Positions 12,626 through 23,140 of a DNA stretch of 64,000 bases are shown piece after piece. A program made the translations under genes and the position numbers. The notes beneath the pieces were generated by a model. The model was not told the DNA's origin. It ran no database searches and saw only the letters and a program-made list of their open reading frames with translations. This stretch comes from Octopus bimaculoides. Taxonomy: Eukaryota. The DNA lies in assembly GCF_001194135.2 (NCBI RefSeq), contig NC_068991.1:75439445-75503444 (forward strand), read 5' to 3'. The first letter of the stretch is position 1. Each line of letters opens with the position of its first letter.

Positions 12626-15249
12626 AAATTCATTGCTTTATTGAATAGTCTGTATATGACTCAATGGTATGATAAAAAAATGTATATTATAATAATGTAT
12701 ATGAATATAATAACAGCTCATAACGTGCCGATACTTAAGAAATAATGTCGAATAGGCAGAAAATTAATCATATTTTTAGAACGTGAGATAGAATGTCAAG
12801 CAGCATTTAGTCCGGTCGTCTGTGCTCTGAGTTCAAATCCCATTGAGATCATCTTCACCCTTCATTCTATCTGGATCGATAATTAGATTATTAGTCTAGT
12901 GCTTGGATCGATTTCTTTTTCTTTCATCCTGTCTTACGATCTTTATATCTAGGAGAATTTGACATGGTGAAACTTAGAAAAGACTAGACTGCGGTAGATT
13001 TTAAATTCCAAGACCTTCCAGATATACGGAAGGCACCTCTAGACTCCGATAAGAGTTGAGGAACCCAAAGTGAGGAAAGATAAATAACTTCCAGCCGTTA
13101 ACCTCGCACCTTTATGTAAACGAGTTACGATTGGTTCGGTCATGTTAGTATTTTCAAAAATAACTCTAGACTCCTTCAACAGATCGGGAAGAAGAAATAA
13201 GTGAATATAGATATATGTATAAACAGCGAAGCTCGTCGTTTCGTTCCTCAATCCAAGATGCTGAGAAAAGAACTGTTGGTCAAACCGCAACACTTAAACG
13301 TGTAACGATATATCTCAGCATACACAGTTGCTTATAACAGAGAGTGCGGTAGTACTTAGTAACTTACGTTTAAATGTTGCTCTTATATCTTTAGTTTCTA
13401 AGAAACCGATCTTGTTCAAGTAAATCCAATGTAAATTTATGCATAAAATGGACTACAAGATGTATCTCTTGGGTTTTGACAATAGTTGAAATGATTTTTG
13501 TTTTTAAAATAATTAGCATACAAAAACAATAAGAGATTAATCAACTATAATATGAACTTGAAATGGCAATAAATGTTTCGACCCCAGCTGGGAATCGGAG
13601 TCTTTTTGCGCTTCCGCTTCATTCTTTTAGTTTTACTGAATTTATGTATTGTTTTGCATAACATATATCTTATTTCGGCGTCCGACGAAGCATCATGGCT
13701 TGCGAGAATTATTCATGTGACAAGGCGTAACTTGGGTTCATTTTATCGAACAAAATATTTTCGATGCTAATCATTACCTTTTCTTTTCCTTTTTTTTTAA
13801 AAATTTTTGATCTTGTTTGCTACAACCACTTGAATACCCAGCGCGTTGATGACAACAGAATGGTGAAATTGTAAATTTAAAATGTCTCTCTATCTGAAAT
13901 GCAACGGTTAATACAATACAAATTATATTCAGTTCAAATACAAATAGTCTTTGAAAGAATTGGAAGGTTATTATGTCTGCCACTATTTTCAGTTCTTTTT
14001 TTAAGTAAATGTTACATTGGGCCGTTTTTAAATGAACGACTCATTAAAATTATCGTTTAATATTTTTTGACCAAAAAGTATTTTAGAAATATTAATTTCA
14101 AATTCGGTATCTCAGTACATATATTGAACAATATTTGTATTTATTTACATGACTTTTCAAGAAGCAATCTTCTTAAACACGATCTTATTTTCATCATGGT
14201 GAATTTGGCCACTTTGAAAGAGATTTGGCTGCTGCTATTTCTAGCAGGATGATAACTTTAGAGAAAGTCTTCACATTTTAAAATCTGTACGAGTATTCGT
14301 ACTATTTTCGGCGGAGGATTATGTCAAAAAACATTATTTTACCATAATTTTCTCCACAATATTACTTAACATGTCTGAAATTGCAATCTATGAGTGAAAC
14401 AGTAAAAATATGCAAGACTTTTCTCAAGTTCCAAATGTGAATTTGTTAACTACAACTCAAAGATAGAGCCTGGTATCTTTGTTGGAAAGCGGCTCCCTCC
14501 TCAGTATAATATTTATAATAATTAAAAAATAGAACACACACACACACACACACACACATCCTATAAACATATATAATGTAAATCACAGAAATATGCTCGA
14601 TACTTCATTTGCAATTATGTATAATTACGTATAATTATCAAGACTACACTTTCGAATTTCAGTTTGTATCTTTGACATATTTTAAATATAGTTATAAAAT
14701 TATTTTTCTGGTGCTGTAATCCTTACCACACAGCCCATCAGTGTAGTTTTCTAGAATATTCCGTTTAGAATTCATCCACTGTTCTATTTAACATACTTAC
14801 AACGACCTCAAATGTGGGGAATAGTAAGTCGATAAAAGGTTTGGTGTACCGACTCGGAGAGATGAAAGGTAAACTTGATTTCGGCAGGATTTTAATTCAA
14901 AACATGGTACCAGCACAAATAAACCAACACCCCGTCGGTTAAAGCCACGAGGGTGTTGTATCGCACGTTCAACGTACGATATAACGGGATAATAACAAGA
15001 TCCTCGCAAATCGTCTGCACAAGACACAGGTAATAACCCTCGACAATGCGCAACTCTCGGCTTTACATAGCTCCAAGGACTCCCTTCTTTATTCGGCACT
15101 ACGGCCGTAACATAGAGGGGGACACTACAGGGATAGACAACACAAAACGTGGGGTATATAAAATGAATGATGAAATACGAGATGAAATATTTCACAATGA
15201 AAAGATGTAATGGCTTATGAGCCCCGCAGAGCTCATTATACATTAATTA

Positions 15250-16379
15250 TCAGTCTTTTTTGTCTGTTATGTATTCCATGAGGTTCTCTAGTTCCATTAC
15301 ATTGGATAAACTTTCATATTGTATATATATCCCGGTAGGTCTAATTCTGGTTCCGAATAACTCCATCAGTCTTTCCTTTCTCTCTTCCTCCAATAAAACC
15401 GCTCCTTCGTCGGGTTCGAACATCTCATCATTCAGTTTGACTCGTATTAGATTTTTCATTTTTGCTAGTTTTTTTTTCTATCTCTACATCCTTATTGTAT
15501 CCTAACACTGTTCTTCTATTTCGTCCAGCAATTTGTCTTGTTTGTGCTACATATTCCTCTCTCCTCCTCACTCTCTCCCTCTACTCATCATACTTCTTCT
15601 CTCTCGCTCTTTCCTCTTCAGTTTTCTTCCTCCTGCTTGTTGTTGGCTCTGGTTCCTGCGTTCGAATCTCCACACTCTTTTTCCATAGTAACTTGTTTCT
15701 TTGTCTCCGCGTTTCTTTTCTTTGGACTTTTTGGCGGAGACGCAACTCTCGTTCTTTTCCAATCTGTCGCAGATTCCTCCTCCTTTTCCTTCCCCGCTTC
15801 TACCACCATTGCTTCTACTACGTCCATCTTCCCCTGTTTCTGGGGACATCTTGCATGCATGTGTCCCCTTTCTCTGCAGTTATAGCATATTGGCGGTCTC
15901 CCCTCCACCACGACTTTCAGTCGGGTCGCATCGGGGAGCACCAACTCCTCAGCCATCTTATGTAGACCTGGCAGGGTTATGCGTATAAACGCTTCGAGAC
16001 TATAACTCCGGCTGATCTCCTTCGACCTCTCCGCCTCTATTATATCCACCTCCTCCTCGAAGTTGCAGATGTTGGCCGCCACCAGCCATGCTTCATCAAT
16101 CTCTGGGGACACCCTCGTTGATCTCGAAGGCCTCGTGGCGTGCCCCCTGCCTCTCCCTCGTTAACGAAGCGCACCTCCACCGTGCCGCATTTCCCTCCTC
16201 TCGAGCAAAATGTTGAAACTTCTCCAATCTCTTGCAAACACTTCTCAACTTCTTCGACCTCCGCCTCCTCAATCTTCTTCGCTTCCATGTTAAATGTTCG
16301 GTATACCACTCTTTCTCCCTCTGCCCCCCTGCAACACGTCGGCTAGTGGTGTCAAGCGGAGGCAATCTCCCTAGTCCAT
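15250..16379 (-). pseudogene. L1/Tx1-type ORF1 gag-like nucleic-acid-binding protein (about 375 aa reconstructed, disrupted)
   Basis: Track ORFs 16040-16309, 15618-16112 and 15250-15459 join through frameshifts: RRM-like GTVEVRFVNE, then LKVVVEGRPPI-CYNCRERGHMHARC (CX2CX4HX4C knuckle), and a charged C-terminus. ATG at 16379 is followed by a stop at codon 3. Confidence 0.75.
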
Positions 16380-16415
16380 TATACCCCTTAAAATCTTTTC
16401 CCTCCGTCTCAATTT

Positions 16416-16915
16416 GCCCCAGCTGCAAAATGTTGGGCGCCGGGCCCCAGCTGCAAAATGTTGGGCGCCGGGCCCCAGCTGCAAAATGTTGGGCGCCGGG
16501 CCCCAGCTGCAAAANNNNNNNNNNNNNNNNNNNNNNNNNNNNNNNNNNNNNNNNNNNNNNNNNNNNNNNNNNNNNNNNNNNNNNNNNNNNNNNNNNNNNN
16601 NNNNNNNNNNNNNNNNNNNNNNNNNNNNNNNNNNNNNNNNNNNNNNNNNNNNNNNNNNNNNNNNNNNNNNNNNNNNNNNNNNNNNNNNNNNNNNNNNNNN
16701 NNNNNNNNNNNNNNNNNNNNNNNNNNNNNNNNNNNNNNNNNNNNNNNNNNNNNNNNNNNNNNNNNNNNNNNNNNNNNNNNNNNNNNNNNNNNNNNNNNNN
16801 NNNNNNNNNNNNNNNNNNNTTGGGCGCCGGGCCCCAGCTGCAAAATGTTGGGCGCCGGGCCCCAGCTGCAAAATGTTGGGCGCCGGGCCCCAGCTGCAAA
16901 ATGTTGGGCGCCGGG
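16416..16915. repeat. GC-rich 28-bp tandem repeat (GCCCCAGCTGCAAAATGTTGGGCGCCGG)n spanning an N gap
   Basis: Exact 28-bp period (AGCTGCAAAA at 16421, 16449, 16477) with identical units on both sides of the gap 16515-16819. Confidence 0.95.
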
Positions 16916-17285
16916 CAACCGCTCGCCACCGCTGCACAGCTGCCGGCTCCCATTACCAACAGTGGGCAGAAAAAACAAACTCAACAACAGTTCAATCAAC
17001 AAATCCAACGACAATATCAACAATTTCAAAATCAATTTTCACAACTCACCACTCTGAAGACTAACACACGACTCCCAGGCTCCAATGACTGATTTCTTTA
17101 CTCGGTACCTATACTCTCTGCGCATGTCCATTTATATTGTGGAACCGTCCACTAGGAACCAACCAATAGGGGTGTTCTATTTCCACGCAACAGAGGGTTT
17201 CTGTTTAAACGATCCCTGGAATAGCCTGCACGTGAAATTAACGTGCAAGTGACTGAGCATTCCACACGTACCCGTTACATAGTGT

Positions 17286-18135
17286 GTGTGTAATTCGACT
17301 GCGTCTGCAAAGAAGTGTGCCGTCTGGCATTATCGTAATGAAAGGCAATGTCCTTACCATTAATAAGTACTGGTCGGTTCTGGTGGATCGCTGCGCTTAA
17401 TTTGTCTAGCTGGTTACAATACACTTCCGAGTTAATGGTCCTGTCTGTGAGAAAAAGCTTGTGAAAGACATCCTTACAATCTCATCAAAATAAAAGCATA
17501 ATCTTCTTCGCGTAAAGCCCTGCTTTGGAGGTTGTTAGTGATGATTCACCGCACTTCCTCCATCACCGTTAGCGCGTCACATTGCTGTAGACGGTCCATT
17601 TTTCGCTCCCTATCACTGTTCTATTAAAAAAGGATTCTTTTCTTCACGTTTCTGCTACGAATCGCAGATGGAAATCATTTGGATGAGGATAGCCTCATTC
17701 AAATGAGGTGGGGCCCTGCTGACGTAAGCAAATTGATGTAGATGGTTTTCAACAATCGATTTGAATAATGGGAGAATATCTACGATCATCCAGGTTGGAG
17801 TTGGTGTTGACTAGCTCTTTAATTTTGTCGCTGGTAATCTCAATCAACCAATGAGTGGTGCATCTTGAACGGAAAAATTTCTCGATCAAAATCTGGAGAA
17901 TCACTTCCGACACAGAGGTTCCATAACAGTCTCCTTTTCGTACAGAACACATATCTTCCTGCAGATTTCCGGCGGTTTCTGTCCGTTTTTTAAATAGAAG
18001 AAAATGTGAGGTATCGATAAAGTTCGTTTCGGCTCTCCATTTTCAGAGCTATCTCAAGCACATAAATTTCATCAAAATACGCAAATTCGCGTCAAACCAT
18101 GTTGAAGTGTCAAATATCTCACGAATGTACCATGG
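17286..18135 (-). mobile_element. Mariner transposase remnant, 3'-truncated at the composite retroelement
   Basis: ATG at 18040. IGSEKWTVYSNV..KKIML..TINSEVYCNQLDKL..RPVL..FHYDNARRHTSLQT corresponds to the GDEKW and HHDNARPH motifs. No YSPDLAP part follows. Confidence 0.85.
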
Positions 18136-18372
18136 GCAAAGGACAGACTAAAGTTTGTTACTTATTCGAGTCCTAGTTTAATGTCGACAGAAACCAGTAT
18201 GTGCATGTATATATGTATGTATGTATGTACACGCGTGTGTGCATGGATGTATGTAGGTTTATGTGTGTGTGTGTGCGAATGTGCGTGTGTGTGTATGTTG
18301 GGGGGAGGGTGCTTACATGCATGTACGCCTGTATTTTTCAGCAATGTATATCAATGAAATGCATAAACACCA

Positions 18373-18487
18373 GCAAGAATTGTATTAACAGTGACTTCAA
18401 AGTTTTGGCCAGCTAAGGCATCATTGAACTGCTCGATGATGGTTTAGCCGGCCGAAACTTCAAAGTCACTATCAACACTATTCTTGT
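18373..18487. repeat. Imperfect palindrome (about 51-bp arms, 9-nt loop) made of two opposed hammerhead-like units
   Basis: Left arm AAGAATTGTATTAACAGTGACTTCAAAGTTTTGGCCAGCTAAGGCATCATT matches the reverse complement of the right arm, which is homologous to 30585-30637. Confidence 0.75.
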
Positions 18488-19058
18488 TAAAAAATAATAA
18501 TTTGTACTCTACCAAATGAATTGAGTAATTCTTCAGTTTAATGTAAAATTGTTTTTATTACATTAAAATAAACATTATAATATATATACGTGAGGAAGTG
18601 TGTGTGTGTATATGTGTGTGTTCTGTATGTATATGAGTGCGTGTATCTATCTATCTATCTATCTATTTACCTACCTACCTGTCTGTTTGTCTGTCTATCT
18701 GTCCGCCTATCTATCTATCTATCTATTTATCAGTCTGTGTCAGTAAATATTGGTTTTAAATTTTGGCATAAGGCCATGTGTGAGTAAGTATTAAATATAT
18801 ATATATTTCTTTCGGCGATGCAAGTTAAGTTAGAATTATTGTGTCGGGGTAGAGGGAAAGGGGAGAAGTGTAGATAGAGGACAAACAAGATATTGCATGT
18901 GATAGTTGATGGCGGCGGCAGTCAAAGCTAGTTTGATTCTATACTAGTCACGGTGAAGTAATCCACCGAACACTTCTATGAACATTTTATCCAGTGGAAT
19001 TGAGCTCCAGGCGTTACAGGTTCAAATTTCAAAGTGTAGATAAGGTACCCAGTATATA

Positions 19059-19260
19059 TTTATTTCTACTCTAGGCACATGGCCTAAATTTTTTTGGGAA
19101 GGGACCAGTCGATCAGATCGACCACAGTACGCAACTGGTACTTAATTTTAATCGATCACGAAAGGATAAAAGCCAAATTCGACCTCAGCGAAATTTGAAC
19201 TCAGAGCGTAACGACAGACGAAATACCGCTAAGCATTCCGCCCGGCGTGCTAACGTTTCT
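19059..19260 (-). mobile_element. SINE family B, tail B1, lacking about 15 nt of head
   Basis: B core plus GGCCATGTGCCTAGAGTAGAAATA tail. Confidence 0.85.
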
Positions 19261-19483
19261 TATTTCTTTATTGCCCAGAAGGGGCTAAACATAGAGGGGA
19301 CAAACAAAGAGATTAAGTCGATTATATCGACGCCAGTGCGTAACTAGTACCTATTTAATCGACCCCGAAAGGATGAAAGGTAATGTCAACCTCGGCGGAA
19401 TTTGAACTCAGAACGTAACGATAGACGAAACACCGCTAAGCATTTCGCCCGGCGTGCTAACGTTTCTGTCAGCTCGCCGCCTT
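19261..19483 (-). mobile_element. SINE family B, tail B2, full length
   Basis: Intact head and TGTCCCCCTCTATGTTTAGCCCCTTCTGGGCAATAAAGAAATA tail. Confidence 0.9.
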
Positions 19484-20249
19484 GAGGTACCTAGCATATA
19501 AACGAAGTGAAGTATTTCTTCACTTCAAGAACTGAAACGCATTCTTCGAGAAGTTAGAGGCCCTAATGAGACGGGCATTGAAAATACGACTTACGACTTG
19601 GCTTGTCAGCAAAGAAATTCGTACATTACATGACTTGCCTGCAGTATGATACAATATAGGTTAATACAATGGTTTCTTTATATTAAATTTTCTAATTGAG
19701 CACAAAATCGCTGGAAGGTCCCAGTTACTTCATTATGTTTCCATCATAGATTTCCGAAAGAGCACGTAACCGTTGCAAAATCCAAAAGATAATTTCTCTT
19801 ATAACTTTCTATAACTCTAATAATAAACACACCAGTAAATACATACATACATGCATATATATATATATATATATATGTTTATATATATATATATATATAT
19901 ACATAGATACATATATACATACATAGATATATACATACATATATGTATGTATCTACGTATATAATTGTGTGTGTGTGCAAGTTTAAATGTATTTCTTTAT
20001 TCTTGGTCTCACTAATGCTTCTTCACTAATATTTAATTATACGGCTTCTATTTGTAGTTGATACTTTTAATTTTGTTGGTAGGATTGTTGTTGTTGTTCT
20101 TCTTCTTCTTCTTGTCATTCTCTCTGGCCATTTACTGTTTAAGAATGTGCTAAGTGTAGTTCTATTTTTGTAGCTTTTGACGCAGCTGTAATATTCTACA
20201 GGGCTTATTAACTGTCGTTTATTTCTCTGGCTCCAAATACAATAAAGGC

Positions 20250-20298
<49 letters not shown>

Positions 20299-20553
20299 AA
20301 CAGACACACATACATTTATGCATTCATATTTCATATATATANNNNNNNNNNNNNNNNNNNNNNNNNNNNNNNNNNNNNNNNNNNNNNNNNNNNNNNNNNN
20401 NNNNNNNNNNNNNNNNNNNNNNNNNNNNNNNNNNNNNNNNNNNNNNNNNNNNNNNNNNNNNNNNNNNNNNNNNNNNNNNNNNNNNNNNNNNNNNNNNNNN
20501 NNNNNNNNNNNNNNNNNNNNNNNNNNNNNNNNNNNNNNNNNNNNNNNNNNNNN

Positions 20554-20594
<41 letters not shown>

Positions 20595-20595
<1 letters not shown>

Positions 20596-20780
20596 CGTGT
20601 GTGTGCTTGCCTCAAGACCGCTTGACAACCGGTGCTGGTGTACTTACGTTCCCATAACTTAGCAGTTTGACAAAAGTGACGAATAGAATGTGCACTAAGT
20701 TTTTAAAAAAATTATACTAAAATTCTTCTAGGAGGTGGCCCAGCATGGCCGCATCTTAATAACTGAAAGAAGTAAAAAAA
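20595..20780 (+). mobile_element. SINE family A, 3' portion
   Basis: CCGCTTGACAACCGG..AACTTAGCAGTT..CCAGCATGGCCGCA..ACTGAAAGAAGTAAAA. Confidence 0.7.
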
Positions 20781-21085
20781 AAAAAATCTAGTGAATAAAA
20801 TACAAAGTGAAAGAGACGTGTCTCTGGAATATATGGAAAATATATAGAGTGGTCCGAAATCAGAGGAAAAGGAAGAAAGCATGCGTGGGCCCTACACTTC
20901 TAATCCATTTTTCGAGCGCCATCTCTTTTTCACTGCATTCTCTCGGCAAACATCACCTTTACATTTTTCCACTCTCACTTAAACAGCGAGAACCAGAATC
21001 GTTAGACTTCTCACTCCTAACGGAAGCCATGCTTACCGACATTTGACGAACTTCGTTTGAAATGGAGACACAGTATTCTTGTCCG

Positions 21086-21358
21086 ATGCTTCTCAAAGTA
21101 TCTGATGTGGCGTACCGGCAGTTTTATTTTTCAATTGTGCCAGGGACCGGTAATATTTCTTAGTAACATTAATATAATAAAAGCTGACAATTTTAAAAAT
21201 CTTTTACTTATTTTATAAACAAATAATACAATATTACATAAACATTTTATAAGCATTTTATAATGTTTCTTTCTTATCCGGAAACTCGCCGCGTTCCGGC
21301 AGCTGATGGTTTCGCAGACCGGCACCGGTCCACGGACCGTCAATTTAAGTAGCACTGT
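21086..21358. mobile_element. hAT-type MITE (decayed)
   Basis: Right end GACCGGCACCGGTCCACGGACCG..TTAAGTAGCACTG and left-end-like TGCTTCTCAAAGT..TACCGGC. Confidence 0.45.
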
Positions 21359-22464
21359 TCTAGTCTATCTAAGAGATTATGCTTATTTCTTCATTTACTT
21401 CTCTAAAGGAAAACAAGTTGTGGAAGCTGTAGGTTGCGTAGGGTCGAAGTTAACAGTGTAACTATGATGTCAGTCTATCGAGCAAAATGTTTTCGGTTCG
21501 AAACTTGTCACCATCTCAGTAATAATCATGGTTGCGAACCTCAATTTCACCATTAATTTAAGGCTGATTAGCTGAAAACAAGCGTTATGATCACAAGAAA
21601 ACGCCAGTAGGTTGTCCTATAATCTAGAAGAAAAAGCTGCCAAAATTCCCTCTTTTCACAACATTATTTTCCTAAACGGCATAGACCCACATCTTTCTAA
21701 ATATAAGGGATGATTACAGATGGAATGCGCCGGATTATATGTATATCAATGAAAAGAGGTAAAAATAACAACTTTAATAAATAACATAGCAGTTTCTCTC
21801 GTGGAGGCAGCGCGTGCGCAGTGAAATAGCCGAATGTCAGTGAAGGAAGTCATTTTCGTCAACTAGGACGAAGAGAATATTCAATTTGTTAGCTAACGTA
21901 ATAAAGAACACCCAAGACATCTCTGGTACTGGTTTAATTGAATATTTCTCAGATATCTTCGTGGTGTATTCTGAAAGCTTTAAATTTACCGCACTTTATC
22001 CCGGGTCTCGCATAAACTTGAAATGAAGGCTAATGTGCTCACCGACCTCAATTCAACGTGAGAATGTAAATGCTTTTCTCGTAATAATCTTTTGTATGAT
22101 TGTATGTTTTAGCCAAAGATAGGCAGCCAACTGGCACAATCATTAGAACATCGGACAAAATGCTTTGCAGTATTTCTTACGTTTGCTTACGTTCTGAGTT
22201 CAAATCGTTAATTTTGATACGATTTGACTTGTCAGTGACGGTGAAACTTCGAAATGTTTAGCTTAAACTGCAACTTGTCATAATGTAGAATCATTTAATG
22301 GCTACTTTCCTAATTCAGCACAGTAATGTTCGGAGATCCAAGTTGCTTTAATGAGTATTGACTATAGATTCCTGAAACAAGTAGAAAGTCATTCCAAATT
22401 CCTTAAGATAATTTCTCTTATAACTTTCTAAGACACTAATAATGAACACATGTGTGTGTGCGTG

Positions 22465-22496
<32 letters not shown>

Positions 22497-22717
22497 CGTG
22501 TGTGTGTGGGTGTGTGTGTGTGTGTGTACATGTGTGTGTGTATATATAAATATATATATGTATGTATGTGTGTGTGCGTATATATATGTGTGTATGTGTG
22601 TGCATATATATACGTATGTGTGTGTATTTATAATATGGGTGACTAATTCGCAATTATACACCGTAAAGGCAGAAATATCTACGTCACAATTTATGCTTAA
22701 ATAACAACTGCTAGAAG

Positions 22718-22876
22718 ATTGCTTTGCAGCCAAGTGGTTTCGAGTTCGGTCCTACAGCACGGAACCTTGCGCATGTCACGTCTACAATAGCCCCGAGCAG
22801 ATCAATAAGTTGTGAGTGAATTTGGCAGTTGGAAACTGTAAGAAAGCGTCCTGTATATACATGTACGTGCGTTTTG

Positions 22877-22909
<33 letters not shown>

Positions 22910-23140
22910 GCGTGTATGTGTGGATGTGGTTGTGCGCGGCTCTTCGTGTTTCTTCTGCCGCCGCTTAACAACCGGTCGCTTTGTTTACATCCTCGTGACA
23001 TAGCGGCTCGGAAGAAATGTATCGTTACACTAAGAACTAAAGGTAAAAAAAGAAATTAGGTAGTTGGTTCGATTTGATCGACTAAACCCTTTAAAACTGT
23101 GTTCTAGGATGGCTGCCGTTCAATCACTGAAATAAGTAAA
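22718..23140 (+). mobile_element. SINE family A, near full length, diverged
   Basis: B-box-like TTCGAGTTCGGTCC, GTGAGTGAATTTGG..GGAAACTG, central microsatellite, CCGCTTAACAACCGG and the family A tail. Confidence 0.7.

Larger units (their letters stand above)
14925..17285 (-). mobile_element. Composite ORF1-only (half-LINE-like) non-LTR retroelement with SINE-related termini
   Basis: On the minus strand, 5' to 3': SINE-C-like structured domain (17282-17195), TG-rich UTR, 28-bp array, ORF1, about 160-nt 3' UTR, stem-loop plus AATAAAGAA (15107-15085), then a SINE-C-like terminal hairpin (14956-14927). No ORF2. Confidence 0.7.

Noticed and set aside
14797-15243. 148-aa ORF downstream of ORF1 as a possible ORF2
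   Set aside because: It has no endonuclease or RT motifs and runs across the AATAAA tail into a SINE B fragment.
16416-16915. 28-bp repeat as a CRISPR array
   Set aside because: Units are contiguous with no spacers, there are no cas genes, and the context is eukaryotic.
16232-17092. Long ORFs across the 28-bp array, including a Gln-rich antisense tail (QQQFNQQIQRQYQQ)
   Set aside because: They run through N bases and a stop-free repeat. The Gln richness reflects CAA bias opposite a TG-rich UTR.
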